Of a DNA stretch of 59,739 nt, positions 8,883-18,717 are shown one piece after another. Under the pieces are notes generated by a model. The model had not been told where the DNA came from. It ran no database searches and was given only the letters and a program-made list of their open reading frames with translations. The stretch's first letter is position 1, and every line of letters begins with the position of its first letter. This DNA comes from Bacteroidales bacterium (GTDB lineage: Bacteria > Bacteroidota > Bacteroidia > Bacteroidales > UBA3824): NCBI GenBank assembly GCA_017394445.1, contig JAFPYT010000347.1, forward strand, positions 1 to 59,739, read 5' to 3'. Position numbers and translations under genes: made by a program.

Positions 8883-10223
8883 ATGACTCAGTTTTTAGAT
8901 TACGGAAAATGCGATTTTAAAAGCACAATATTAATAATTGCAACCATTTCATTATTAGCAACATCCTGTCACAAGTCGGACAATGACGACTTGGTGGTAG
9001 ACAATTTTTCGCGCAATGGTGCAAACTTTTATTACGCCGCCATTCCCGATAAATACAACTCAGGGTGCGACGAGGCTACAAGTTTTAACCGTTTGTCAGA
9101 AAGCGGATTGGCTGGCGAACTATTTATTAATGTGGGCAACGATGATAAAAAGGGAAAGTCTTACACAATTACCTCATATTCAAGCAATCTCACCGATTTG
9201 CCAAAAGAGGTTACCGTGCGCGACTATGATTTTTCGGATGCTGATATGAATGTGGTTCGTCCCGAAAGATATGAAAAAAATATCAAAATAAACTTTGTAA
9301 ACTGCAAATTCAAAGGCTTTTATAATGGAGGACCATACAACGACAACAAACTATCGTTCACTTTTGATTATTGCACTTTTGCCGGCGGAGTTAAAGAGAT
9401 AAATATCGCCCTAAATCACTGCAAGATAGGCGGTTTTATCGGCGATGCTATGAATCCGTTGAAAAATTTCACCTGCCTCAATACCTACGTCAGCGACCTT
9501 CTTCCCGAAGCCAACGTTACGGGTACGCATATCGATGGTGCGCAAACATACGGCAGAGAGGGCGTTGAGGGCGGTAATATCAAGTTCGATAATGTCAGGT
9601 TTGAGTTTCCATCATTCCATTTCGACGGCTACAAAGATGAATGTAACGCCTGCATAATGTTTCAGTTAGAGTTTGGCGATGCTAACAATTGCTCGTACAC
9701 TAACTTATATTGCAACGGCGGCGGCAAATGGTATCCTCTCTACTTGACCAACGGCAAAGGTGGCACTTCTTTTTCGCAAAAAAATCTTGTGATGAAAAAC
9801 GTTAAAGTTTCCGACAATTTTGGAACAATTTTCTATCCCACAACTTACGACCAAAACGCTAAGGTAGAGAATGTTGACCATTTTTCCGACCTTTATATTT
9901 CATCGGTTTTTGCAGCAGATGGCAAGTTGCACATTATTTGTTCCAACGATTCGCATTTAGATAAAACTCTGATTATCAAAACAGAATCAAAAGAATACAC
10001 CTTTGAAATACCCCACTGCCCCAGCAATTTTGCCCTCAATGGCGAAATCGACGGCAAGGTAAATTCCAATGAATCTCTCACCGACAAAAACGGCAAAAAA
10101 TACACCGAATACCGTTTTACAGATATGCCATTTGATATTGATTGTCAAATAGATATAACATCAGGAAACATAATGTGTTTTGATGGAGAAAAAATGATAT
10201 TGGAATTAAAGGTGGGAGAATAA
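8883..10223 (+). CDS. Hypothetical lipoprotein, possibly beta-helix fold
   Basis: 446 aa with a lipobox-like LLATSC. Recurrent short N/C/F-rich strand-like blocks occur (NFVNCKFKGF, FDYCTFAGG, LNHCKIGGF). The fold assignment is a guess. Confidence 0.45.
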   Translation: MTQFLDYGKCDFKSTILIIATISLLATSCHKSDNDDLVVDNFSRNGANFYYAAIPDKYNSGCDEATSFNRLSESGLAGELFINVGNDDKKGKSYTITSYSSNLTDLPKEVTVRDYDFSDADMNVVRPERYEKNIKINFVNCKFKGFYNGGPYNDNKLSFTFDYCTFAGGVKEINIALNHCKIGGFIGDAMNPLKNFTCLNTYVSDLLPEANVTGTHIDGAQTYGREGVEGGNIKFDNVRFEFPSFHFDGYKDECNACIMFQLEFGDANNCSYTNLYCNGGGKWYPLYLTNGKGGTSFSQKNLVMKNVKVSDNFGTIFYPTTYDQNAKVENVDHFSDLYISSVFAADGKLHIICSNDSHLDKTLIIKTESKEYTFEIPHCPSNFALNGEIDGKVNSNESLTDKNGKKYTEYRFTDMPFDIDCQIDITSGNIMCFDGEKMILELKVGE

Positions 10224-10290
10224 ATATCTGATCCAAATTGGAAAGTATAAATAAATAGTCAGATTATAAACTACATGGGTAGAATACATC

Positions 10291-12447
10291 CTACAAATTA
10301 TTCAAAATAAACTCTGTCATCTTGGTATACAAATGCAATCTGGTGTTGCCGCCGTAGATGCTGTGGTTGCGGTTGGTGTATTGCATATAGTCAAACTGTT
10401 TGTTGGCTTGCACAAGGGCTTCGGCAAACATCATTGAGTTTTGGGGGTGTACGTTGTCGTCGGCTGAACCGAATATTAGCAAAAATTTGCCTTCAAGTTG
10501 GTGGGCATACGATATGGGCGAGTTTGTGAGGTAGCCTTCGTGGTTGTCGGCGGGTAATCCCATATAACGTTCGGTGTAGATGTTGTCGTAATATTCCCAA
10601 TTGGTAACGGGAGCGACAGCAATGCCGAGAGCGTATTTGCCTGGAGTTCGTGTCATTGCGTTGGCTACCATAAATCCGCCGTAACTCCATCCCCAAATGC
10701 CGAGCCTTTTGCCGTCGATATACGATTGCGAACCAAGGTAATCGGCAAAATCGGAAAGGTCTTCGGTTTCAAGTGCGCCAAGTTTTCCGTAGGTGCATTT
10801 TCTAAAATCCGAACCTTTGCGTCCTGTGCCGCGTGTGTCGGTGGCTGCCACAATGTAGCCTTTTTGAGCCAAAAGTTGATGCCATCCAAATTCCCATTCG
10901 TCGTTTACAAAATTGTAGTTAGGACCATTGTAGCCCACCACAAGCACGGGGTAACGCTTGGTGGAGTCAAAGTCTGCGGGCTTGATTATATATGCCGAAA
11001 GTTGGTTGCCGTGGCTGTTTTTCCAAAAGAAGATTTCGCAGTTTGTTCCGCCGTATGATTCTGCGGCTTTTTTTACATTTTCGTTAGTTTCTAATGTTTT
11101 AATCACCTTGCCGTCGCTCGTGTTTACGGTAATAATGGCAGGTGTTGACGCGTTGGAATATGTGTTTACGTAGTATTTGAAATTCGACGAAAACACAGCC
11201 TCGTTGGTGCCATCGTTTTGCGATAGGCATTTGGTCTTTTTGCCAGCAAGGTCGGTGCAGTAGAGCGCAGTTTGCGTAGGATTTTTGCCCACACCTATAT
11301 AATATACCTTCTTGTTTTTTTCGTCCACGCCGCACAATTTTGTGAGTTCTTTTTCGCCCGAAGTAATGGCGTTGATAAGTTTTCCGTCCATTCCGTAACG
11401 GTAAATGTGCCGGTATCCGCTCTGCTCAGATTCCACGAGAAAAGATTTATTGTCGTTGAGAAAAACAAAACTTTGAGGTACGGTTTCTTCGATGTAATAC
11501 TTGTTGCTCTGAGTGTAGATGGTTTTGGTAGATTCGTCTTTGGTATTGTAGGCGATGAGGTCGAGGCGGTTTTGCTTGCGGTTCATCTTTACAATGGCGA
11601 GAGTTTCGGGATTGTTGGTCCATTGAATTTTGGGGACGTAGATGTCGGCGTTGTTACCAAGGTTTACGTTTGAGGTTCTACTTGTTTCAAAATCAAAAAT
11701 ATGCACCGAAACTTTTGAATTATTTTCACCTACTTTTGGATACTTGTACGAATAGTTGATAGGGTAGAGCGATTCGGGGTCATAATTGCTCGAGAGTTGG
11801 TTGTAATATTGCAAAACGTACTCTTTTACATCTGTTTCGTTGAATTTGATATAAGCGATTTTTTTGCTGTCGGGCGAAAATTCAAAAGCGCGGTTAAACG
11901 AAAACTCTTCTTCGTAAACCCAATCGGGAATGCCGTTGAGAATGCTGTTAATTTTGCCATCGGTGGTTACAGAAGAAATTTCTCCGCTTTCTAAGTCTTT
12001 CATCATTATATTGTTGTCTACCACAAAAGCCACTTTTTTGCCATCGGGCGAAAATGTAGCCTGCTGTTGCCAAGCACTTTCTATTAACGCTTCGCTTTGT
12101 TTGGTTTTTAAATCGTAAACATAATATATTGTGTTAAACGAATTGCGGTGAATAGGTTGGTAGATGCTGTAATACAGTATTTTATCTTCGGTGGGCGACA
12201 TTTCAAAACCGTAATAATAGCCTTTAATTATAGTTTCGGTTATTTCGCCAGTGGCAAACGAGCATTTAACAATGTTGCCATCTTTGAGTGCCACGTACGA
12301 TTCTCCGTCGCTCAAAGGGGTAATATCGTTGAATGTTTCGGAATAAAAGCGGTATGCACCTCTTGTAACATCGCTTACTGTGAGGATTTCCTGCGCAAAA
12401 ACAGGGTAGGAGGCAGCAATTAGTAACGAAAGTAATAGTTTTTTCAT
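10291..12447 (-). CDS. Dipeptidyl-peptidase IV (S9B prolyl oligopeptidase family)
   Basis: ORF 10291..12477 starts at TTG. The likely ATG at 12447 gives MKKLLLSLL, a signal peptide. A long N-terminal propeller-like region is followed by the nucleophile motif GWSYGG and the C-terminal block GSADDNVH. Confidence 0.85.
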   Translation of the reverse strand: MKKLLLSLLIAASYPVFAQEILTVSDVTRGAYRFYSETFNDITPLSDGESYVALKDGNIVKCSFATGEITETIIKGYYYGFEMSPTEDKILYYSIYQPIHRNSFNTIYYVYDLKTKQSEALIESAWQQQATFSPDGKKVAFVVDNNIMMKDLESGEISSVTTDGKINSILNGIPDWVYEEEFSFNRAFEFSPDSKKIAYIKFNETDVKEYVLQYYNQLSSNYDPESLYPINYSYKYPKVGENNSKVSVHIFDFETSRTSNVNLGNNADIYVPKIQWTNNPETLAIVKMNRKQNRLDLIAYNTKDESTKTIYTQSNKYYIEETVPQSFVFLNDNKSFLVESEQSGYRHIYRYGMDGKLINAITSGEKELTKLCGVDEKNKKVYYIGVGKNPTQTALYCTDLAGKKTKCLSQNDGTNEAVFSSNFKYYVNTYSNASTPAIITVNTSDGKVIKTLETNENVKKAAESYGGTNCEIFFWKNSHGNQLSAYIIKPADFDSTKRYPVLVVGYNGPNYNFVNDEWEFGWHQLLAQKGYIVAATDTRGTGRKGSDFRKCTYGKLGALETEDLSDFADYLGSQSYIDGKRLGIWGWSYGGFMVANAMTRTPGKYALGIAVAPVTNWEYYDNIYTERYMGLPADNHEGYLTNSPISYAHQLEGKFLLIFGSADDNVHPQNSMMFAEALVQANKQFDYMQYTNRNHSIYGGNTRLHLYTKMTEFILNNL

Positions 12448-12856
12448 AAGCTTTTTTCTTAATTTATCTTTTTGCAAAGATAGTGTTTTTTTGAGTTGGA
12501 GTGTTAAAATTGTTGTTTCATAATTGGTGTATGTTTTACAGATTTAGTGTCGTTTTTGATACATTGACTGTTGAATTTGTTATATCATTTTTTGTAATTA
12601 GTTTGTTATTAGATATTTATGGTAATGTTTCAAATCGCCGATTAGTTATGACTAAAAGTCTAAAATAATGTTAAAAAGTTTAAATCATTTGTTTCAAAAT
12701 GGTATAGTCAACGTTGCCTTAATTTTAAATTTTTGTTAACGAAATAAGGAACGAAAAAGAAGGCTCGAAAGGGCAGAAGTTTCACACCTTATTTAATAGT
12801 GCTTTATTTACAGATTTTAACTTACAGTATTTCAACAATTAAACTTAAATTTATTT

Positions 12857-15800
12857 ATGAAGGCAAATCTGAAATTTTTATGGGCGATGCTGATAATGCT
12901 GCCCTTGATGTTTGTCTCGGTGGCGGCAGTGGCACAAACCACGGCCTCGGGTACGGTAACATCGTCGAACGGTGAACCTCTTATAGGTGTAACCGTTTTA
13001 GAACAAGGTACTACCAACGGAACTATCACCGACCTTGATGGTAAGTTTTCGTTGCAAGTACAGAGCGGTGCAACGCTCGAATTCTCTTTTATGGGTTACG
13101 AACGTCAGTCGCAACCCGCTTCTTCTAACATGAATATCGTTTTGGAAGAAGACACCAAGGCTCTCGAAGAGGTTGTTGTCGTAGGTTACGGCACACAGCG
13201 CAAAGAGGCTGTTACTGGATCGGTCTCTTCTATGAAAGGAGACGAAATGCGTGCCGTTGCTGGTTCTAACATTACACAGAGCTTGCAAGGTCGTGTTGCC
13301 GGAGTAGAAATGAGCCAAGTATCTTCAAAACCTGGTGAAACGATGCAGATTCGTATCCGTGGTACTCGCTCGCTCAACGCAAGCAACGACCCTTTGATCG
13401 TACTCGACGGTATTCCTTTTGCAGGCAACCTCAGCGACATCAATCCTTCTGACATCAAGTCGTTGGATATCTTGAAAGATGCTTCTGCAACAGCAATCTA
13501 CGGTTCACGTGGTGCCAACGGCGTTATCATTATTACCACAAACCGTGGTGCCGAAGGTCAGAAGGCTAAATTCTCTTACAATGGATATTATGGTGTTAAG
13601 ACACTTTTCTCTGAATTCCCGATGATGGACGGTGCAAAATTCTCAAAACTCCGCGCCGATGGACAAGTTAAGAAAAACTCTGACGACGAGGCTGATGGAC
13701 AGAATGTTGATTGGCAGGATAGATACTTTGAAACTGGTATGGTAACAAGCCACGATATTGGTATTACTGGCGGCACTCAACACGGAAATTACTCTTTTGG
13801 CGCTGGTTATTATCACGAAGAGGCAGTTGTTCCTGGTCAGGATTTCTCTCGTTTCTCGCTCCGTGGTTCGGTTGACCAAAAAATTGGTAATTATTTCAAA
13901 GTTGGCTTCAGCTCCAACAATAACTATTCTATCACCAACGACAACAACCGTATTTTCAATGTTCTTTCTAACTCGCCTATTGCAGTTATCTACAACGAAG
14001 ATGGCTCTGAAAAACAATGGATTAAAAACTGCGACGGTAACGAAGGTTATGTAGTTTCTGCTGACAAAATCAACAACCTTGGCGACAAATATGCAAATCA
14101 ACGCAAGGTTTATGGCTCTTATAACACTTTATATGGTGAGGCAGAACTTCCTTATGTTAAAGGTTTGAAATATAGAATAAACGTTGGTCTCAACCTCCGT
14201 TATCAGAATAATGGTAACTACACTGCAGCCAAACTTTTTGGTTCTACTGATAATTCAAGTGCTTCAATTACCAATGCTCTTACAACTAACTGGGCTGTTG
14301 AAAACCTTATTACTTACGATAAGATTTTTGCAGAAAAACACTCTATCAATTTCGTAGCTATGTACTCTGCTGAGGCAAGCTTATACAATTCATCGAATGT
14401 AAGTGCTCAAGGTTTGCAATCAGACCATTTCCAATATTGGAACTTAGGTCGTACCGATAGTCCTCTAACTGTAAACCCAGATTATCAAGGTTATCAAAAA
14501 ACAGGTTTGATTTCTTATATGGCTCGTTTGATGTATTCTTACGACAGCAAATATATGCTCAGCGTTGCTCTTCGTAGCGATGGTTCTTCTCGTCTTGCTG
14601 AGGGTCACAAATGGCACACTTATCCGGCTGTTTCGCTCGGTTGGAATGTTAAAAACGAGGAATTTATGAGCGGTGTTACTTGGCTCGATCAATTAAAAAT
14701 CCGTGTTGGTTACGGCGAAACTTCTAACCAAGCCGTTGACCCTTACAAAACACTTGGTCGTCTTGGAACCAATCCTTACAACTATGGCAGCGAAAAGGCA
14801 ACTGGTCTTCATTTTGCCGAAGCTCCTAATGAGGAACTCGGCTGGGAATATTCTTCTACATGGAACGTAGGTCTCGACCTCGCTTTCTTCCGCAACCGCT
14901 TGAATGTTACTGCAGAATACTATTACATGAAGACCAAAGATGTATTGCTCGCTATCGGATTGCCAAGCACTTCGGGTATATCAAACGTCATGTCTAACAT
15001 CGGCGAAACAGAGAACAAAGGTTTTGAGATGAGCATCGACGGTACTATCATCGACAACAAGAATGGTTGGACTTGGACAGCTGGTGCTAACTTCTACATC
15101 AACCGCAATAAACTTGTGAAACTCGCTTCTGGTCAGACCGAAGACCGTGGTAACTCTTGGTTTGTTGGCAAACCTATCGACTGTATCTATGACTTCAAAT
15201 ACGAAGGTATCTGGCAGGAGAACGAAACTGATCTTCTCAAAGTGCTCGAACCCGCAGGTGCTCCTGGTATGATCAAAGTGGCTTACACTGGCGAATACGG
15301 TGCAGACGGAATGCCCGTTAGAGCAATCAACGATGACGACAAAGTTCCTCAGAGCATGGAGTGCGATCTCCAAGGTGGTTTCAACACAACTGTTGCTTGG
15401 AAAAATATCGACCTTAATGTTGTAGGTTCTTTTAAAGTTGGTGGTTTGCTTATCAGCACTCTCTACGGTACATCTGGTTATTTGAACCTTCTTACTACTA
15501 AAAACAACAATGTGGATGTAGATTATTGGACACCCGAAAATACAGGTGCGCGTTATCCTGCTCCAGGTGGTATCCGTAGCGGTGACGGTCCTAAATATGG
15601 TTCTACACTCGGATATTTCGATGCTTCTTACTTGAAAATTCGCACCATTACTCTCGGTTATAATTTCGACCAACTGTCTGTTTTCAGAAATACCAATATT
15701 TCTAAATTAAGACTTTACTTCTCGGTTGTTAATCCTTTTGTAATGTTCTCGCCCTATAAAGACGAATCTGGAATGGATCCTGAAACCAACTCATACGGTA

Positions 15801-15904
15801 ATGAGAATGCAGCATCGGCTCAGTATCAGAAACGTCTCTTGACTATTGGTACCAACACACCGTCTACAAGAACTTATATGTTCGGTCTTAATTTCACATT
15901 CTAA
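12857..15904 (+). CDS. SusC/RagA-family TonB-dependent outer-membrane transporter
   Basis: 1015 aa with a signal peptide. A CarboxypepD_reg-like N-domain is present (GTVTSSNGEPLIGVTVLEQGTTNGTITDLDGKFSL), as is the plug (VVVVGYGTQRKEAVTGSVSS). The C-terminus is aromatic (FGLNFTF). Confidence 0.95.
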   Translation: MKANLKFLWAMLIMLPLMFVSVAAVAQTTASGTVTSSNGEPLIGVTVLEQGTTNGTITDLDGKFSLQVQSGATLEFSFMGYERQSQPASSNMNIVLEEDTKALEEVVVVGYGTQRKEAVTGSVSSMKGDEMRAVAGSNITQSLQGRVAGVEMSQVSSKPGETMQIRIRGTRSLNASNDPLIVLDGIPFAGNLSDINPSDIKSLDILKDASATAIYGSRGANGVIIITTNRGAEGQKAKFSYNGYYGVKTLFSEFPMMDGAKFSKLRADGQVKKNSDDEADGQNVDWQDRYFETGMVTSHDIGITGGTQHGNYSFGAGYYHEEAVVPGQDFSRFSLRGSVDQKIGNYFKVGFSSNNNYSITNDNNRIFNVLSNSPIAVIYNEDGSEKQWIKNCDGNEGYVVSADKINNLGDKYANQRKVYGSYNTLYGEAELPYVKGLKYRINVGLNLRYQNNGNYTAAKLFGSTDNSSASITNALTTNWAVENLITYDKIFAEKHSINFVAMYSAEASLYNSSNVSAQGLQSDHFQYWNLGRTDSPLTVNPDYQGYQKTGLISYMARLMYSYDSKYMLSVALRSDGSSRLAEGHKWHTYPAVSLGWNVKNEEFMSGVTWLDQLKIRVGYGETSNQAVDPYKTLGRLGTNPYNYGSEKATGLHFAEAPNEELGWEYSSTWNVGLDLAFFRNRLNVTAEYYYMKTKDVLLAIGLPSTSGISNVMSNIGETENKGFEMSIDGTIIDNKNGWTWTAGANFYINRNKLVKLASGQTEDRGNSWFVGKPIDCIYDFKYEGIWQENETDLLKVLEPAGAPGMIKVAYTGEYGADGMPVRAINDDDKVPQSMECDLQGGFNTTVAWKNIDLNVVGSFKVGGLLISTLYGTSGYLNLLTTKNNNVDVDYWTPENTGARYPAPGGIRSGDGPKYGSTLGYFDASYLKIRTITLGYNFDQLSVFRNTNISKLRLYFSVVNPFVMFSPYKDESGMDPETNSYGNENAASAQYQKRLLTIGTNTPSTRTYMFGLNFTF

Positions 15905-15930
15905 ATCACTTACTTTATAAATTAGAAACA

Positions 15931-17862
15931 ATGAATACAAAATTAAAATATATAGCATTGGCGGCCGCCGCTATTACCTCAGTGGGTGGCTTCACCGGCT
16001 GTGAAGATGTTCTTGACGAACAACCTCGCACTATTTTTGAGCCGAGTTCTTTTGGTACAGAACAAGGCATACAAGGCGGTCTTACCGGTTTTTATCAAAA
16101 CCTCCGCAACCTATATGGCAATATGTACTTTTACAATTCGCTTGAAACAGGAACCGACGAGTATACCTACGGTGAAAGTGCCGACGGCAACTTCAAGGAT
16201 GCAGACCTTTCGGGCGCAGGTACTTTGACTCCTTCGTCGTGCCGTAGCGATGCTTTGTGGGGCAACGCTTTTACCGCTATCAACTCTGCCAACTTGCTTA
16301 TCAAAAGTGGAGAGGAAAGTGGTGTGGCAGCATCGATGATTGCAGAGGCTTATTTTTTCAGAGCTTTCAATTATTTCTGCCTCGTTCAAACTTTTGGCGG
16401 AGTGCCTCTTGATCTCGGTAGCGGAAAACTCGAACCTAACATCGCGGCTTCTCGTACAAGTGTGCGCAATACTGTTCCCGAGGTTTATCAGGTTATTTTT
16501 CAAGACCTCAATAAGGCTGTGTCAGACCTTCCTGAAAAATCGAGAAAAACCGGTACCGTTACCAAGACAGTGGCAAGATTCTTTCTTGCTAAGGCTTACT
16601 TAACATTCGGCTGGTGGCTCGAAAACCCCAACAACATTCCCACATACCCCGATTGTAACCGCGCCGACCTCGACGGCCACGATGCCGCATGGTATTACAA
16701 CGAGGCTTACACTGTGGCAAAAACTGCTATCGACAATCCTGGCTCTTACGGTCTTATGGATACATATTACGATGTTAACCTTGGTGCTAACGACCGTAAT
16801 AAGGAGTGCCTTCTCTATGCCGACCATACCGAAGAAGACGAATACTACAACGGTGGTGCTTTCGGCTACGCCAACGGAAGTGCCACTGATCAGGTATCAG
16901 TTTGGGCTGTAACATGGAACTATTGCAACATTCACTGCGCCGACGATTTTGCACCCTGCGTTCGTGCTGAAGTTCAGTGGGGTGGACGTCCTTGGACACG
17001 TATGGCTCCTTCTCATGAGGTATTCCACGTGTTTACCGATAAGGACAAAGATTCTCGCTACGACGGTACTTTTGTAACTGTTTATCGTGGCAACTGGGAT
17101 AAGGCAGGTCAGAAACCTGATGCTCACAAAAATGCTAACGGTATGGATGTTAAACCTGGAGAACCTGTCCTCACTTTTGTATCGGAACAACTCAGCGGAA
17201 CTGTTACATATCCTACCGAAAAGAAAGGTAAAAACAATGTATGTGCAGGTGAAACCGAAGGTCGTGCCGACTGGGTTGTTGAGCCCGACCATGTTAGCCG
17301 CAACACCTATCCCGGACTTTGGAAACTCGGTTCTTACAACAGCAAGGTGGGTGACGGTATTGGTCAGCCCAACGGTTCGCTTCGTCGTCCGTTTGTAATT
17401 GCCAAATTCTCCGAACTTTACCTTATTGCTGCAGAAGCCGCTGTTAAGGCAGGTAAAAACACCGAAGCTCGCGATATGATCAATGTTCTTCGTGCTCGTG
17501 CAGGCAAATGGCGTTTTAGCAATGCTGAAAACCAGATTGTTTCTGCCGACTATTCTGACGAACTTGTAGCTGCAACTCCCGCAACTATCGACATCAACTA
17601 CATTCTCGATGAGCGTATGCGCGAACTCGATGGCGAGGGTATCCGCTGGTACGACCTCGTACGTACTCAGACTTGGGCTGAGCGTGCCGGTTCTTACACT
17701 ATCTGCGTTAAGAACAGCAAGGAAGCATGGATAGAAAAACAGACTTTTACTCGTGATATCAAGCCTTTCAACTATCTCCGTCCTATTCCCGTTGGTCAGT
17801 TGAATGCAATGGAAATCACAGATGCCGAGCGTGCTGCTTATCAAAACCCTGGATACAACTAG
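15931..17862 (+). CDS. SusD/RagB-family nutrient-binding outer-membrane lipoprotein
   Basis: 643 aa with a lipobox (GGFTGC). It starts 26 nt downstream of SusC and has SusD-like helical N-terminal blocks. Confidence 0.85.
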   Translation: MNTKLKYIALAAAAITSVGGFTGCEDVLDEQPRTIFEPSSFGTEQGIQGGLTGFYQNLRNLYGNMYFYNSLETGTDEYTYGESADGNFKDADLSGAGTLTPSSCRSDALWGNAFTAINSANLLIKSGEESGVAASMIAEAYFFRAFNYFCLVQTFGGVPLDLGSGKLEPNIAASRTSVRNTVPEVYQVIFQDLNKAVSDLPEKSRKTGTVTKTVARFFLAKAYLTFGWWLENPNNIPTYPDCNRADLDGHDAAWYYNEAYTVAKTAIDNPGSYGLMDTYYDVNLGANDRNKECLLYADHTEEDEYYNGGAFGYANGSATDQVSVWAVTWNYCNIHCADDFAPCVRAEVQWGGRPWTRMAPSHEVFHVFTDKDKDSRYDGTFVTVYRGNWDKAGQKPDAHKNANGMDVKPGEPVLTFVSEQLSGTVTYPTEKKGKNNVCAGETEGRADWVVEPDHVSRNTYPGLWKLGSYNSKVGDGIGQPNGSLRRPFVIAKFSELYLIAAEAAVKAGKNTEARDMINVLRARAGKWRFSNAENQIVSADYSDELVAATPATIDINYILDERMRELDGEGIRWYDLVRTQTWAERAGSYTICVKNSKEAWIEKQTFTRDIKPFNYLRPIPVGQLNAMEITDAERAAYQNPGYN

Positions 17863-17913
17863 AATTTGTTTTCCCCTCTTAATACTTAAATAGGTTAATA
17901 AAAAGACTTCTTT

Positions 17914-17951
17914 CCCCGGCGCAGTGATTGCGTCGGGGATTTGTTTTTTTT
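17914..17951 (+). terminator. Intrinsic terminator after susD-like gene
   Basis: 10-bp stem CCCCGGCGCA 17914-17923 / TGCGTCGGGG 17929-17938 with one G-U pair, followed by a T-rich tract to 17951. Confidence 0.7.
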
Positions 17952-18604
17952 AGATGTCTTCTAATCCGAGTATCAGAAAATCTTTGCGCATTTTGCGGTA
18001 TTTTGGTGGCAGACTTTCTGATTTCTGTTTCAACAGCATAATATTGGCGCGTTGCGGGTCGCGCTTTATTTCGGCTATTAGGCATTTTTTGTCTAATTCG
18101 TTTACTGCAACAAGGTCTATTTCGTTTTCGCCTTTTTTTGTCCAAAAATTTGTAACGATGTTATAAGCTCCGCTTTCAAGGTATTTTTGACGGAAAAGCC
18201 GTTCTAACATTTGACCTGAGTATGTGTTGTAGTCTTGTTTTAGTTTTTGAATCAAAAAGTCGAAATTGTTGATTTCTACTGCACTGCGGTAGCGGTATAC
18301 AAATCTGAACCAAAAATTTAAAAAGTTGTCGGCAAGCGAATATTTCACGTTTTTTGAGTTGGTGTCGAATCCGAGCGGACGCATTTTTGCTATTATGTTG
18401 TAATTGTTTTCGAGTTTGTCGAGATAGCCTCCACATTCAAAATCTACGTATTTGTTGATTTGAGCGCGAGTGGTGTTGCCGTTAGCAATGGCTTCGAGAA
18501 CCGAAAAATATTTACCGTAATCTTTTGAAAATTGCGTGGATCGAGGATAGTTCTTCTATCCTCCTGAGATTTTCGGTTTCTAATTCTCTATCGTAAAACT
18601 TCAT
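17950..18604 (-). pseudogene. Degraded DUF234-type ATPase gene with the P-loop domain deleted
   Basis: An ATG at 18604 opens MKFYDRELETENLRRIEELSSIHAIFKRLR, with a stop at 18512-18514. A different frame then continues ...DYGKYFSVLEAIANGNTTRAQINKY... into ORF 17950..18384. That ORF carries a winged-helix plus DUF234-like C-terminus (ENEIDLVAVN...AEIKR). No Walker A/B region lies between the two pieces. Confidence 0.7.
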
Positions 18605-18717
18605 ATTATCAATATTTTACTAATTGGCACGGCTGTTACTGTAACCACTGTGCCAATTTTTATTAGTTGCAAATATAGATATTTTTAAAACACAAATGAT
18701 TTGCAAATCAATTTTTT

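Noticed and set aside
14981-15673. 230-aa minus-strand ORF
   Set aside because: It is antisense to the SusC-like CDS and looks like a shadow frame.
16897-17844. 315-aa minus-strand ORF
   Set aside because: It is antisense to the SusD-like CDS. It has no start context or motifs and is a typical shadow frame.
18622-18665. Hairpin AATTGGCACGG...CTGTGCCAATT followed by TTTTT on the plus strand
   Set aside because: It has terminator shape, but no plus-strand gene lies upstream. On the minus strand, downstream of the HTCS gene, it lacks a U-tract. The function is unclear, so I did not call it.
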